Position numbers and translations under genes: made by a program
Part shown: positions 1-13,800 of the stretch, piece after piece
Layout of the letters: each line of letters begins with the position of its first letter
How positions within the stretch are numbered: the first letter of the stretch is position 1
DNA from: Cenococcum geophilum
Taxonomy: Eukaryota
DNA length: 64,000 nucleotides
Assembly: GCA_050273025.1 (NCBI GenBank)
Contig: CP158635.1
Location: 1,674,001 to 1,738,000, forward strand
Direction: 5' to 3'
The notes under the pieces: model-generated
Database searches by the model: none
The model's input: the letters and a program-made list of their open reading frames with translations, nothing else
Told to the model about the DNA's origin: nothing

Positions 1-490
1 ATAGTTATTATTTTTAGAATTTATGGGGTTAGACAGGGTCTAATTGGTGTCTTAGCGAAAACCTTATTTTAACATTCCAAACTTTTAATTTAATTCATTA
101 GTTTATTCGTCAACTGGGTACGATCGTCGTTTAAGGTCAATCGTCCGTTCGTTTAGTAGATAAAGAAGCTTAAAACACTTATAAAGGTAGTAAATTAACT
201 GCTTAACAGATAGTGCAACAGGTAGTGCAATCTAGGTAATTGCTTAGCAGGTAGTGCGATCCGGGCTTATAACAGTAAGCTTCTGCAGTAGGGGAAATAA
301 ATAAGCAACTTAATTATAAATATAGCTCTAGAGCCTCTCTATATATACGAGGAAGGTATAGGTAATAAGATAAAAGGGGAGACTACTACGTAACTAAAAC
401 AGCGTGATACGTAAGTAATATATAGTCGATACGCAGGCGATACGCAGGTAATACGCAGGTGTTTTGGCATAGTATTAGTAGTCAGTTACA
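1..490 (-). mobile_element. Ty1/Copia LTR retrotransposon, 5' end (5' LTR 274-490 plus PBS); the body continues left out of the window
   Basis: The minus strand reads TGTAACTGAC...GCTTACT followed directly by GTTATAAGCCCG (262-273). The same PBS follows the Copia LTR at 3471 and is a RIP form of the Copia-type GTTATGAGCCC. Confidence 0.7.
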
Positions 491-3285
491 CTATCTATAC
501 TAGCTATAACTTTTAGTAAGCTAACTAGTAACGCCTAATACGTAAATAAGGCTAGTATACTAAAGATAGGGTAAAAAATAGGGGTAATAAGAAAAAGGTC
601 GCCGTCTACTATAGGAAGAAGTTTATATATACGCGTTAAGTTTTAAAAGAGTATAATATAATATGGTATTAAGTAGGTTACCCTTTGGGTACCTAGTGGA
701 TAGGTAATTAATAGTTACTATAGTAAGGTTTTAGTGGTTCTAAACTATACTAACTAGCTAATATCTCTATTTATTCTAGGCTTAAGCGTATCTTTATTAA
801 CTATAAGCTTACGCCTTAGAAGCTTTATTAATATTAGTCTAGACCTAATATTGGTATTAAGCGTTTAAGAATCTCTACTCTAGCTATACCTTATCGTCCT
901 ACCCTTATTTTTATGCCTACTTATATTCCTATTAGCTATCCCTTAAAGGGCTAATAGATACTAATCCTAATCCTAAGGATAAGACATAGTGGCTTTTTAG
1001 ATTAGGTATTTAGAATTAATTCTTATATATAATAGCAATTAAAGACCTTAATTAGGTACTTAGAAAGACCTTATAGGGCTTTTAAAAAGGGCTTAAATAC
1101 TTATAAGAATAGTATTCCTAATATAGATTAATAAATAAAAATATAATTCTAGTAAAATGCCCTATTAACTCTATACTATATACGTAAAAAGGCTAAGGAC
1201 TTATCTTACCTTAGGCTGTAGCCCTAATCCTTATAGTTTCTAAAGCCTGTCTATTCCATATCTAATTTAACCTATATACTCTTTAGGGCTTTTTACGGCT
1301 TTCTTTATAGGTCGCGATAATACTATAGTATTAAAGCGCTTTTTATAATTTATAAATTATAGACCTTAGTCCTAATATTCTTTCAAAACATCTTTATAAT
1401 AATTAAGGCAATCCTCTAGTTTCTATATAGAGTCCTTAGTAGCCTAGCCTAGCCACTAAACTTTATATTAAAGCTTGTTCTTAATAGGCTTATAGTATAG
1501 TATAGATTTAACCTTATACCGCTCGCCTACTAGTTTAAGGTATTAAATTAGGCCTAAATAGAAGATTTTCTTCTAGTAATGATCTATGCTATAGCTCTAG
1601 TAGGTTTATATAAAATACTAGATATATATAGGCTATAAATAGGGGCAGCTAGAGATAGTAAGCTAGCTTATTAATTTATTTCTTAACTTAAAAAGGACCT
1701 AGGTATCTTATATTAAGCTTCTTTAATAGTTAATAGGTTTTAATATTTGTTAAACGTAATAGAACCTTGTCGCCTACTCCGAAATACTTATTTTAGTATT
1801 TATAGTTATACTAAAGTCTTTACTACTTTTAGGCATTTTATAGACTCTGCCTTATATCCTTTTATTACTCCTTTCATTCCTAGAGGTATTCTTATACTCT
1901 TTAGTAGATATCCTTAAACTTCTTAGTAGGATCTTATAATTAATTATACGGCCTAAGCTAGTAATTACTAGGTATACTATTAAACCTAAACAGCTAGATA
2001 CTATAAGCAATCTAGATTAGTATATACTTATATAATATATATTACTTTAAATTATAAGTATACTCTATATACGGAAGTAGCTTATACTAGTTATCTTACT
2101 AGTAGTTTAAATATATTTATAGGTAAGACTTTAGTTCCTAGTTTTAGCGTTTTATTTACCTATCTATTTTTAAATAAAAAGCTATAGTTTAATGGTAGTC
2201 TATCTGTAAATAAAAGCATAAATCCGACTAGTACTAGCTTATAAAGACGCTGCCTATATTAGTAATAATAGAGTACAGCTAGTCTACTTTAAGAAAGTAT
2301 TTCTCCTTAATTAGGCTAGTAAGCGCTTATATATTAATCGTCTTATTAATAGGAAAGTATTAAATATACTTTAAAAACCTATTAATAAGTATAAGGACCG
2401 AATTATATATTTATCTTTAGCTATCTTTAAATAGTAGGAGATTTATAATAAAGTTTATAGCGTAATATTGCTATAGTCTACTAGTGGGGGAACTAATTTG
2501 TTAGTAGGGAGGGTACTTAGGCAGTCTCTTTAAGCTTAGCGACGTGTTACGTGACAGCGCGCGGGCCATTATGTAGATACCTTCTTGGGGCCTTTAAGCC
2601 CCTAAGATTCTTCCTTATAGAGTATTATATATATTATTTCTATTAGCCTGCTTAGCGTTTAATATAATTTAAATAGACCCTATAGCCTATGCCTATAGAT
2701 CTTATATACTTAACACTTCTTATAATAGCAAATATACTCCTTTACTTCCTACTTAAGCTTTAGCTAATAGTATTTACGCTAAAGTATTTCTACTATTTTA
2801 GCTTAACTATAGTGACTGCCTAAAGGATTATTATAATTCTTTATAAGAATCTTCTATTATAGATTTACTTCTTATAGTACCTAAACCTTACTATATCTAT
2901 ATAGTAGGTTTATTAGGTCTAGTTCTTAATAGTAGCGCCTAGTAGCTTTCTTTCTATTATATTTCTAGTCTACTTCCGTATTAACAACAATATAGAAAAC
3001 GTCCCTTTATTGCACCTTATAGATAAAATCTATTAACCTTTTAAATAGTTCCTATATAAAAGCTATTTTATTTTATACTACTCTAAGTATAAGACTATAT
3101 AGTACTATAGATCTTATAACTTCTTAGTGCGTATATATTAGGAAGGCCGTTATAAGGTTAAAGTTCTTTAGTTATTATAGGGCTCTAAGATCTAATTGCT
3201 TTATAGCTTTACTATTAGTTTAAAGGGATACCTTAATAATTAGAGATAGTATATTACTAAATTTTAAACTTATATTAGGGATATC
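491..3285 (-). mobile_element. Ty3/Gypsy chromovirus 3' fragment (integrase, chromodomain, long 3' region), RIP-inactivated
   Basis: De-RIPed minus-strand motifs: HHCC zinc domain H..P.GSHYG...KYYWP...C..CQ (~2700-2850), TDGQTERQNQ (~2140-2170), KKLD..YLGPF...HPVFHV (~1600-1730), and chromodomain YEVESIL...YKVRWLGW...TWEP (~1380-1520). Confidence 0.85.
2499..2664. mobile_element. Solo LTR (166 bp) inserted in the Gypsy integrase
   Basis: TGTTAG...TTTAATA (RIPed ...AACA) is flanked by the 5-bp TSD TAATT (2494-2498 and 2665-2669). Removing it rejoins the integrase zinc domain to the PW..MDF core. Confidence 0.8.
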
Positions 3286-3470
3286 TGTCAGATAATCTGT
3301 ATTCTTAGTGGCGTAAGATATACACTAGTTATGTATACGGGTCACGTATATTATAAATATCTTCGTCTAAGCCTAGGGGCCCTAGGTTAAGCAACCATTA
3401 AAACACAATTAAGATTATCAATTAATTAACCCATTTTATTAATAAATAGCTCTATATAAACTATCTAACA
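3286..3470 (+). repeat. 5' LTR of the Copia element
   Basis: TG...CA ends, a 9-bp terminal inverted repeat, and an adjacent PBS. Confidence 0.85.
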
Positions 3471-6148
3471 GTTATAAGCCCGGTCCGCCGACATAAGAAG
3501 CTATTCAGCTATTACTTAATTATTTAAAGAAATTCTACCTTATCGTCAGACTCTGACACCTTATTATCACAAGACGACCCTAATCGAAATCCTACCTCAA
3601 TTGTTACAGGACGAGATTCTATGAGATTCCACAAGATTCCACGAGATTCCACCTTAATTGTTAAAGGACGATCCTAACGATAAGGACAATCCTAATAATA
3701 AGGACGATCCTAATAACAAGGATAATCCTATCAATAAAATACCATCTCAATTCCTCCTTTGCCTATTAGTTAAATAACTTTACTAAGGTTAAGTTCGTCT
3801 ACCACGATTATCCTCAATAAGCTAGAAGACTGGGAGTAATAGATCTAGCAACTATAAGCCCTTATAGACAAACGAATTTGGGCCCACATTAACCTAGATA
3901 AGGAAGCACCTTAATAAGGTCTACTATAAGAACTAGCCTATCTAGAAGTTATAGATTTAAACGAGAATATAACCTTATATATATAGCTCTCGACAAATTA
4001 ATAGAGGGCGTACAAGAATAGTAAACGATACTATAACTAGGATATAAAGTATTTCCTAAAATAAGAAGAGCACCTTTAACAGATCCGCACCTAAATTACG
4101 TCTATAGTATTAATTTAGAAGAAGCTACTGCTTAACCCTTCCTTAACAGTTAAAGAATGGCTATTTTAACTAAAGGAGAACACAGAACCTACCTTATTAT
4201 TCGTTAGGAAGAAGGTATAACACTAATACACAGAAGCCCTTAAGGGGTTTAAACACTTATTAAAATTAAATTAGTGGTTAAATTAATGGGAACATATAAT
4301 AGTACTAGGAGAGAAGTATAAGATTCCTCAAATATCTAATGGAATTTGGCTTTAAGAATTGGTAGAAGTTAATTAACCTTTTAGCGACGCCTATTATATA
4401 AAGTATACTACTAAGTTAAATAACCCTTAGAAGTTAAGATCTTCCAAATACCATAGAGTAGTAAAGGAGCTATAAGAAGGACTTAGAATACCCTTAAAGA
4501 AAGCCAATACTACTATAAAAGGGAGTACCTTTAATATAGACTTTATAGAGTAAGCTATAATAAATTACTCTAATACTACTAAAGGTTTAAGGAAAGGAAC
4601 CTTAGTATATACTAGACGCTTAAAGAGAGCCAGGTTACTAGTAGATAAGGAGACGTCCTATAAGAAGCTACTACCTATATACTTAGCGTGCGAGAAACAA
4701 GGACATTCCTTATAAGACTATTAGTATTTATTTAAAGATAAGAGACCCAAAGGAGTTATAATCGGAGATGCTCGCATTAAAAGGGTGCTAAAGAAGGTAG
4801 AAAAGAATAAGGATCTTACTAACTAAGTTATAAAGATTAGACTTAAAGAATAAGAAAATAAGGCTTAATAATAATAGGATAAGGGCTAGGAGATAGTTAA
4901 GATTAAGGGAAAAGCTAATGCGATATTCCTAGAATCGTATTATACCGGTTAACTCTATTTACTAAGGCTATTAACTATTCTTAACGTAGGAACCACTCTT
5001 TATATCTTTAATAACCTCTTTTATTTTTATAACTTTAGGAAAGCTCTAAGATATAAATATATCATCGCCGGTAGCTTAAAAGTGCCTATACTAGGCTATG
5101 GTAATATTACTGTCTAAGTTATAAAACTAAACAAGAGTAAAAGAATCCTATATCTTAAGGACGTTGCCTTTTATACGGACTTTAATATAAATCTAGTGTT
5201 GTTTTATCTACTTTAAAAATAAGAGTACTACTAGGACAATAAAGGAGATAATAATCTTCTAGTTCGGAAGGATAATACAATCCTATATTAAATAGAAGAA
5301 TATTATAGATAATAAACTATTAAGTACGTCCAATTAGGAAGTCTATTAGCTTTTAATTTAAGCTAACTACTACGCCTATAACAGAAGCGTAGAATATTAT
5401 TAAGAGACGTCCGTCTAGATTTAAAAGGTAATATACGTTTATAGTATCTATATCTAGGACATCCAGGACCTATAAGCCTTTATTATTTAGGTATTAACGC
5501 CCTAGGAGTTAAGCTTTAAGGCCCTAAGACGATAGAATGTTAATACTATAGTCTCGCTAAAATCAAGCGTTAGGTCTTAAGAAGGTTCTTAAAATAAAAA
5601 ATTAATAAACCCTATCTTAACCTCTATATTAACTAAACTAACCTTAAGAAAGCGCATACCGGATTTATACGAGTTATACTTATCTATAACACCTACTTAG
5701 GAAGATCCTTTCCGTACTTTATAATGACATACAGCAAGGAGAAGGAGACACTATAGGTGCTTAAAGATTTTGTCCAGTGGATTTGTCTAAGGTATAACCT
5801 TAAAGTTAATACTATTAGATTAGACAACGAGCTAGGGAGAAGGAGAACCCTTAAATAGCTACGGACTTAAGGGATTATATTTAAGCCTTTAGCGCTATAT
5901 ACCTAAGCTTAAAATAGTACCGCCAAACGCTTAGGGGGTGTAATTATTAAGAGAGTATAAGTAATAAGAATTGCTACTAATCTACTACACAACCTATAGA
6001 ACGAGATAGTTAACTATATAGTTTACCTTTAAGATTAAACGCTATAGGAAAGCAACGGTTGGATATTGCTATATAAAAGGTTTTATACCTTTTTAGCTAA
6101 TAGGAGATTAAGAAAGCCGCAACTAGCGTACCTAAAAGCTTACGGCTA
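3286..6148 (+). mobile_element. Ty1/Copia LTR retrotransposon, 3'-truncated (5' LTR, gag, protease, integrase)
   Basis: LTR 3286-3470 has TGTCAGATA...TATCTAACA ends and is followed by PBS GTTATAAGCCC (3471-3481). Motifs: CCHC knuckle C-LA-C-EKQG-H (~4680-4721), protease ILDVGTT (~4977), WH.RLGHP (~5440), IRSDNE (~5813), APYTQAQNG.AER (~5890). The sequence stops after LKAYG(C) at ~6148. Confidence 0.9.
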
Positions 6149-9100
6149 GAGAAGACTGTATTAAATATAGGAGACGGAAGGTAAGGGCTTAATAGCTACG
6201 AGAATAACTGCACGCTAGGTTATATAAATGGAAACAATAGGCAATAAGCTAGGGGGGCGCAGGTGCCTTTTTAGCGTTTCCTACCTTTAATACTAGGGGG
6301 CTAGGCCAGCTATCCCAAGCCTTAACGGGCTAGAAGCGACGCCGCGTAATATTACTAGACTATATAGGGATATAAGGGTTATAGGAGACATAAGGGAGAG
6401 GACGCCCTATAGGAAGACCCTTATGGACAGCTATAGTAAGCTTAAGACTAGGATAATTAAAAATTAGACTTAACGTAGTAAATATAACATTTATAGCTAA
6501 CTCTTAAAGGGTATATAGCTAACTAGTAAGAATAGGGGAAGAACTGGAGATAATAATAGATTTAGATATAGAAGTGCTAGTAAAAACATAAAATATAGAA
6601 ATAGAAAGCTTTATACAAAATAAGTAGTAACTAGGGTATAGATATAAGAGATAGAAGTTCTAAATATCCTAGAGAAAGTAGAAATAGGAGAAGCGAGGAA
6701 TAAAGGAGAGGCGAAGGACACTTGCTGGGGGTCCGCCACCTATCTATTATATAGTATAACTGCGGTAATATAAACCACCGTCTTATAAGGCCCTTACTAG
6801 ACAGCCTAGACCTAGAGAAATACTATATTCTTACTATATAAGAGCCGTATTATAATGCCTATATATAATTAACATACTGCCCCTAAGGATTTTAGCTCCT
6901 ATATAAATCAAAAGCAGCTATACGCGTATACTTTATAATTAGTAAGGCTATTAGCCTATCCTTATAGTTATAGTAGGCAGTTAACCTAAATATTATAGTT
7001 ATAATAATGCAGATATATAGGGGACCGGTATAGATTATTAATATATATAACCCTAGGGTTAAAGGGGTCCTATAAATAGAGAATATTATATTAGTAATAA
7101 GCTTACTTAAAACTAAGGGCACGGAGTCTATCCTATTAGAAGATATAAACCTCTACTACCTATAGTAGGGGGGTATCTATGTTACAGCTAAATAATAGGT
7201 AGAGTGCCTATTAAGAGCTATAGATACCTAGGGCCTTAAGCTAGCTACCCCCCTAGGGGCAATTATATGCAATGAGGCACCGCTAGAAGTATAATTAACC
7301 TTATATTTATAGACAAAGGCCTATACTAGAGACTTAAAAGGTATAACCCTAAAGAAAAATAGGTATTCGCTTTAAACCATATCCCTATCTAGATATAGCT
7401 AGATCTAGATATTAAGGCGCAATTAAATAGCAAAAGATATGTAATAAGAAAGCTTAAGATAGATAGCTTCCTTAATATAGTTAAATAATAACTTTAAGAC
7501 CTAGAAGAAATCCACCTAATACTAAATAAGCGAGGCTTATTAGCTACCCCTAAGGAAATTAACTAAAGACTAGAAAGGATTTAGGCAGTAATTAAAAACG
7601 GGCTAAAAGAGCACTGCCCAGTCTTAAAACCGGGCCCCTACACGCGATATATATAGTCCGCATAATGCGCGGTTCTTATTACTAGCTAATAATAAGTAAG
7701 AAGAAAATACATAAGCAGCTATAATCCTAAGGATAAGAGATAATATAAAGACATAAGAAACTAACTAAAGAATACCCTAAAAAAAGAAGTAAGGAATAGC
7801 TGGAGACGGTTTATAAATAAGCATACTACTAACCTAAGCCTCCCCTATAATAAAGGTCTTTAGAGGATAGCGAAATAGGTAAAGAGAAAGGCGGGACGTT
7901 TAGTAGAAGACCTATACCTTCTGCCCCTATAAAGACTAGGTGAATTACTAGCTATAAGCGACAATAATAAAAAGGCAAAGATCCTTATAGAAAGATTTTT
8001 TTTCCCTTAACTAGTTTTAGTAGACCTTAGTAATATTACGGCTAAAGCACTAGTAACTTACCTAAGGGTTAATAGCGACATAATAACCGAAGAAATGGCC
8101 AGAACTATTAGTCGCCTTTTAAATAATATAGCACTAAAACTAGATGGGATCCTAAATAAAGCCCTAAAGACCTACGGACTACTAATAGCACCTTAGCTTG
8201 CGGATGTAGCTAGAGTATACTTTATAATAGGCTACTACCCAAGACTTAGAAGAGCTATAATAATGTTTATTTTACGTAAAGAAGGTAAAGCAGACTACTT
8301 ATTTCTAGGAAGCTACCGCCCTATTGCCTTAGAGAATACCCTTAACAAGATTTTAGAAAGGGTAATAGCGGACTATATAGTAGATATAGCTAAGAAACAC
8401 GCCCTACTACTATAAAGCTAAATAGAGGCAAGAAAGAACCGCTTAACACTATTAGTACTTACGCTACTCGCTACTACTATTAAATCTATATAGGCGATGC
8501 GAAGGGACTTTATAATATCAATGCTTAGCCTAGATATTAGTGGCGCCTATAATAACGTACCCTATAAGCGTCTCCTATATATCCTTAGGGTAAAAGGCTT
8601 CCTAAAATAGATTATATAATTTGTTTAAAGGTTTATAGGTTAAAAAGAAATATTACTAGTCTTTAGCGGATACTAAAGCCCCCCTATTATAGTTGCAACA
8701 GGAATACTATAAGGATTACCCCTTTCGCCTATACTCTTCCTTTTCTTTATAAGCAACCTACATAACTCCTTTAAGGAAGGGGCGACCTAGGGGATAGGCT
8801 CCGTTAACGATATAAACCTAATTATATACGGGCTAATAGCTATAGAGAATTGCAGAACACTAAAGAAAGCTTATAATACCTATATAGAATAAATAAGGCG
8901 ATATAGAGTCTAATTCTTACTAGAGAATACTAGCTAATCTATTTTATAAGAAAACGCAACTAATCTGTAAATCTTTAGTATATAATTTGCATTTAAAGCT
9001 TTAGGGGTTAACTAGTTTAGGGCCTAAGAGTATTAGGAGTATAGGTAGATAGTAAGCTCTGGTAAAGCGTATATGCGGCGTAAGCGGCCTATAAGGGCTA

Positions 9101-10447
9101 AGTATAGTATAGCGCATTATCTAGGATTATTAATTCTATCTAGGGTTTATACTTCTAGAGGTTACGCCTACTATATATAGCAGTTGTCTGGCTAACTATA
9201 ATATATAGGTCCAGTATTTGGGCCATTAGAGAATCTAAGAAAGGCCCCCCTAAATTACTTCTTAAACCACTCTAAAAGGTCCAAATAGCCTACCTCTAGA
9301 ATATAATAGGCGGATATAAGCGAACAGCCACAGTACTGCTTAAGAAGGAAGCTAATACTCCCCCCCTATAACTATATATTAAAGCCACTATAATATAAAG
9401 GGTATAAAAGGAATGCAACTCTAATGTTATAAAGTATATTAAGATAAGCCTAAATAAACTATAGAGGGACTTTAGGGCGCCTTATAGGAGAATAAACTAA
9501 CAACCCTAAAGTAGGGAAGATATATTAGAGAAATAGGTAAAGAAAGTAGAAGAAGAATAGTGCTGCTTTAGGGCCCAGGCCTATATAGAGGAGGAAGGGA
9601 GACGCGTAAGAGGCCAGTAAGGATAATAGTAAGAAAGAGAAAGGAGCTAAAGCAGAGTATAAAAGAATGCTAGGAAACCATCTATAGTAATATAATACTG
9701 GCTAAACTAACACTAGAGAGGCGTATGGGAGTTAAAGGTATAGAGGCTAACTAAGGTAAGAGGAACCTAAGCTATAGTATGGTTAACGCTATAGGGGGTA
9801 AACACTTTAGGGCTCTAAGAAGGCCTAACGAAGGTAGAAAATATAATGGTAATACTTTTAAGAACAGGAATAATAGGACTAAAAAACTAGCTCTACTAGG
9901 TAGGTATCCTAGTAGGTAGCCTAAGATGCGAATATAGCTGGCTAAGATAGACACCAAAATATATAATACTATTATGCCCCTTACGCACTAACTAAGAAGT
10001 AATGCTCTTAGTAGCTGGTATAGAGAACTATAAGACACTGCTCTTAATATAAAAAGGCCTTAAGGCGGTTACCTAATGGCTTATTAGCTAAAATATACTA
10101 AACCAGTTTTAGGTTATAAAGGAAATAGTAATAAAGGGCGGGGGGGTAAGTAACGGGCGCCCCCTAATAACTCTATAGTAGTAGAGTAAAGTTTATAATA
10201 CTAGCGCGTCTATAGGCTTATTACGGCAGCAGTAGTTCCTAAGGAGATTAAAAAGTAAGGTAGTAGGAGTACTATAGGTAACTCGCAGGCGCCTTATAGG
10301 CGCCTTATAGACGAGTCCTAAAAGGCGGGGAGATAGATTATAGGGTTTTCTTAAATAGAGTTTTCTCCCTATATATATATAAGGAGTAGTCCACGTAGGC
10401 CCAATAGGGATCTAAATCGGACGTTAAGCAATGAATTATTATTATTA
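6149..10447 (+). mobile_element. Tad1-like LINE (non-LTR retrotransposon), 5'-truncated, RIP-inactivated
   Basis: ORF1 tail with GRGRP (~6394). APE endonuclease QYNC...ILAIQEP (~6750-6850), GDMNLHH..WGG (~7140), SDHIPI (~7375). RT APGPDGIPN (~8131), YRPIALENTL (~8314), LDISGAYDNV (~8530), GIPQGSPLSPILF (~8701), FVDD-like motif (~8800). 3' (ATT)n tail at 10435-10447. Confidence 0.92.
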
Positions 10448-10673
10448 TATAACTTTAGACGTATAGAACTTGCATTTCTTAATATTATATTATAAGCCCG
10501 CGTCTTATAGGCGTTTAAGGACTATTTAGACGTATTTCCAATGCTTAAAAAGCAAAGATAAATAAATAAATATATTAAGGAATTCGCAAAGCGTATTATT
10601 AATATATTACTAAAATATACTAGGACCGTTTTTTATACTAAACGGCATTACTAGGTATTTAAAAAGTCCCTAT

Positions 10674-10884
10674 TGTAACGGCGCTATCGCACGTTACCTG
10701 CCAAATTCTGCCATATTCTGCCGACCTACGATTGGCCCGCCTAAAGCTAGCGCCTTAGCGGCTCACCCTATATATTTGTTTACATCGGTCCTGGCGACCC
10801 CTTTTCCTTCTCTTTAGCTTAGTATCTTCGTAATACAGCATTCGTTCAAGCTTCGGTTTAAAGGCATTTATTCGAGCCGTGACA
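10674..10884 (+). repeat. 5' LTR of Gypsy B
   Basis: Direct repeat of 16176-16386; the differences I found are transitions. Confidence 0.95.
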
Positions 10885-13800
10885 TTATACTAAGCTCTCC
10901 CTACCTTGCCTGGGAAGGCCTCAATAATATCCCACCCCAAAGAAACTTCGTCTGCAACGACGCATCGACGCGCTATACTTAGACACCAAAACAACTCTAC
11001 ATTGCCTGGGAAGGCCTGGATAATATCCCACCTTACGAGCCAGATAGGACTGGACCTGTACCCCCGGAATCGAAACTAAAGCGTACGATACCGACGAACC
11101 ACTAGGGACGCCCAACGGCACCTTCAAGCCAAGTTTAAGGACGACTCCCCTGTCCGATTTACATCTGTTAACGAGATGATACGGCACCTAGCGGCTATTT
11201 ACGTTAACCCGAACAAAGTACGGGATGCCCATTATAACTATAATTACCTAATAATAAAACCGAACTAACCCTTTGCTAAATTCCAGACTTAATTCCTATA
11301 CCTTATAGGAGAAGGCCAGGTTTCCTTTAAGAACTACCGATTAGACCTATACGATAAGCTAATAATCCGGCTATAAGAAAAGATCGCTGTAACCTTAGAT
11401 AACCTACTAACCCATAAAAGACTCGCAGCTTATTACCTATTATTAGACTTAGAACTAAAGCAGATTAACGCCCGCCCTAATTAGCAAAAGTAACTCCGTA
11501 ACAATTGGAACTCGCTAGCTATACTTATAGGAGCTAAAGCAGGAAGACAAGTTACGACTGCTCTTATACTAAAGGCGGTTATAACTATGTACCGGCGAGC
11601 CTCGCCTAACCAGCCACGTACCACGCTATTAACTAGTATTCGCCGTAATACTCTAATTAACCCTACCTCGGCTATGTGCTTTAACTATAATAAGTAAGGT
11701 TACTTTACCTTATCCTGCCCAGAGCTAAAGGATATAGGCAATATTAAGGAGATGGAGGAAGGAGAAACGTCCGATAAGTTGGGAAAAAAAGAACCCTAGG
11801 GAAAGACTCCCCCCTAGGGTACCCTATTAATCTCGAAGAGATTAATCTTAGTTAGTTAATAGGTGGAAAGTATTTTATGGTTTTATATATAGTATCTTAA
11901 AATAGATATGGAGTTAATATAACCGCCCTTATTAACACTAGAGTAAATAGCTTCGCCTTTATAAATACTGCCTATGCGAATAATATTGCCAAGTTTTTAA
12001 ATGTAGAAGCTATTTAACTAGAGAAGCCTGTCTAGGTAAAGGGCTATAATAGCCAAGCTGGTTGGCCTGTTACCCACGTCTTAAAGTTATATATCGCTCT
12101 TAACGGATAACGCTAATATGGTATCCCCTTTTGCATCCTAGACCTAGGGTCCTATAATATAATCCTTAGACGAAAATAGATGTCCTATTTTAATATTTAG
12201 TTAAATATATAAAAAAGACGGTTTATTTAGCCGGAGGATAGACTAAGGTTGCCCTTCTTTATTAGGGAGATCTAAACCGACCGTAAGACACTAGCCGTAA
12301 GGGGTAACCCTACCTACTAGCAAGATGTCTGGGCCTATGACTTAGCCTTTACCTAAGAGGACGCCCGCCGTGAAGCTAGAAAGAACTCTATACTAATAAA
12401 GATACTCTCCTAAAGCGCTACGTTTAAAAAGGACTCTATATATAGAAGCGGGATAGATAATAATATAGATAACGTCTAAATCGCACAGATCTAACCGTTA
12501 TGGAAAAGAACGTATTAATAGGATATAAGGGATGACCTCCAAAAGATGCAATAGGAGCTAAAAGAAGTAATAATAACGCTAGTACCCTAGAAGTCCCTAA
12601 AGTTATATACGCCCCTATTATTAGTTAACCCCCCTACCGTAGATATTGCTGTAATTAGCGCTATAGCGTTCCACTTTAATATATACCGGAAGGATAATAA
12701 GGTCTTTATAACGAGCCTATATAAGATTAACCGAATTATTAATAATAGAGAGGAAAGGCTAGATAAGGAAACTAACGAGGAACTAGTTAAATGCCTTCTT
12801 CCTACCATTTATATAGGCTACAAGGATACATTCTTAAAGGCGGCCTTAGATAAGTTATCCCCCTACCAGACATATAATTATAAGATTTAATTAGAGGCCA
12901 ATAACTCGCTAGGCTATAGCCCCCTCTACCATTAATTAACGGATAAGCTAAAAGTAATAAAGTAGTACTTAATTGATAACCTAGATAAAGGGTTTATTAA
13001 GCCAAGTTAAGCCCCTTTTACTTTCCCTATTTTATTTGTAAAAAAGCCTAATAGAGGCCTTTGTTTTTATATTAACTATTAAAAGCTAAACGCTATTACT
13101 TAAAAGGACTGGTATCCTATTCCTTTAATTAACGAGACCCTTATATATCTAAGCTAGGCAAAGATCTTTACCAAACTTAATATCCGCTAAGCTTTCCACC
13201 GAATTAGGATAAACCCTATATCTAAAGATTTAATAACGTTCCGTACCCGCTATAGTTCCTATAAATATAAAGTTCTTCCTTTTAGACTAATAAACGGACT
13301 GGCTACGTACTAAAGGTATATAAATGACGTTTTTTTTAATTACCTTAACGAATTCTACACGGTATACCTAGACGACATTCTTATATACTTAGACGACGAA
13401 CTTAAGTATCAAGTTTATATTAAGAAGGTCCTAGAGAGGCTATAGAACGCGGGCTTATAAGTTAATATTAAGAAATGTGAGTTTAGGGTAAAACGTATAA
13501 AATACCTTGGGTTCATTGTAACTACGGAAGGAATTAAGGTTAACCCTAAGAAGGTAGAGGTAATCCGTAACTAAAAGCCCCCTTATATAGTAAAAGAAAT
13601 CCAGTCCTTCCTTAGTTTTTGTAATTTCTACTACTAGTTTATTTATAACTACGGAATTATAGTAAAACCTCTTATATAACTAACTAGGAAGGATACGCCT
13701 TTTATCTTTAATAATAGCTATATAGAGGCCTTTAAAGAGGTAAAGGATCGGCTCACCTCTTCCCTAATTCTTTATTACTATAACCTGGACCTTAAATTAA

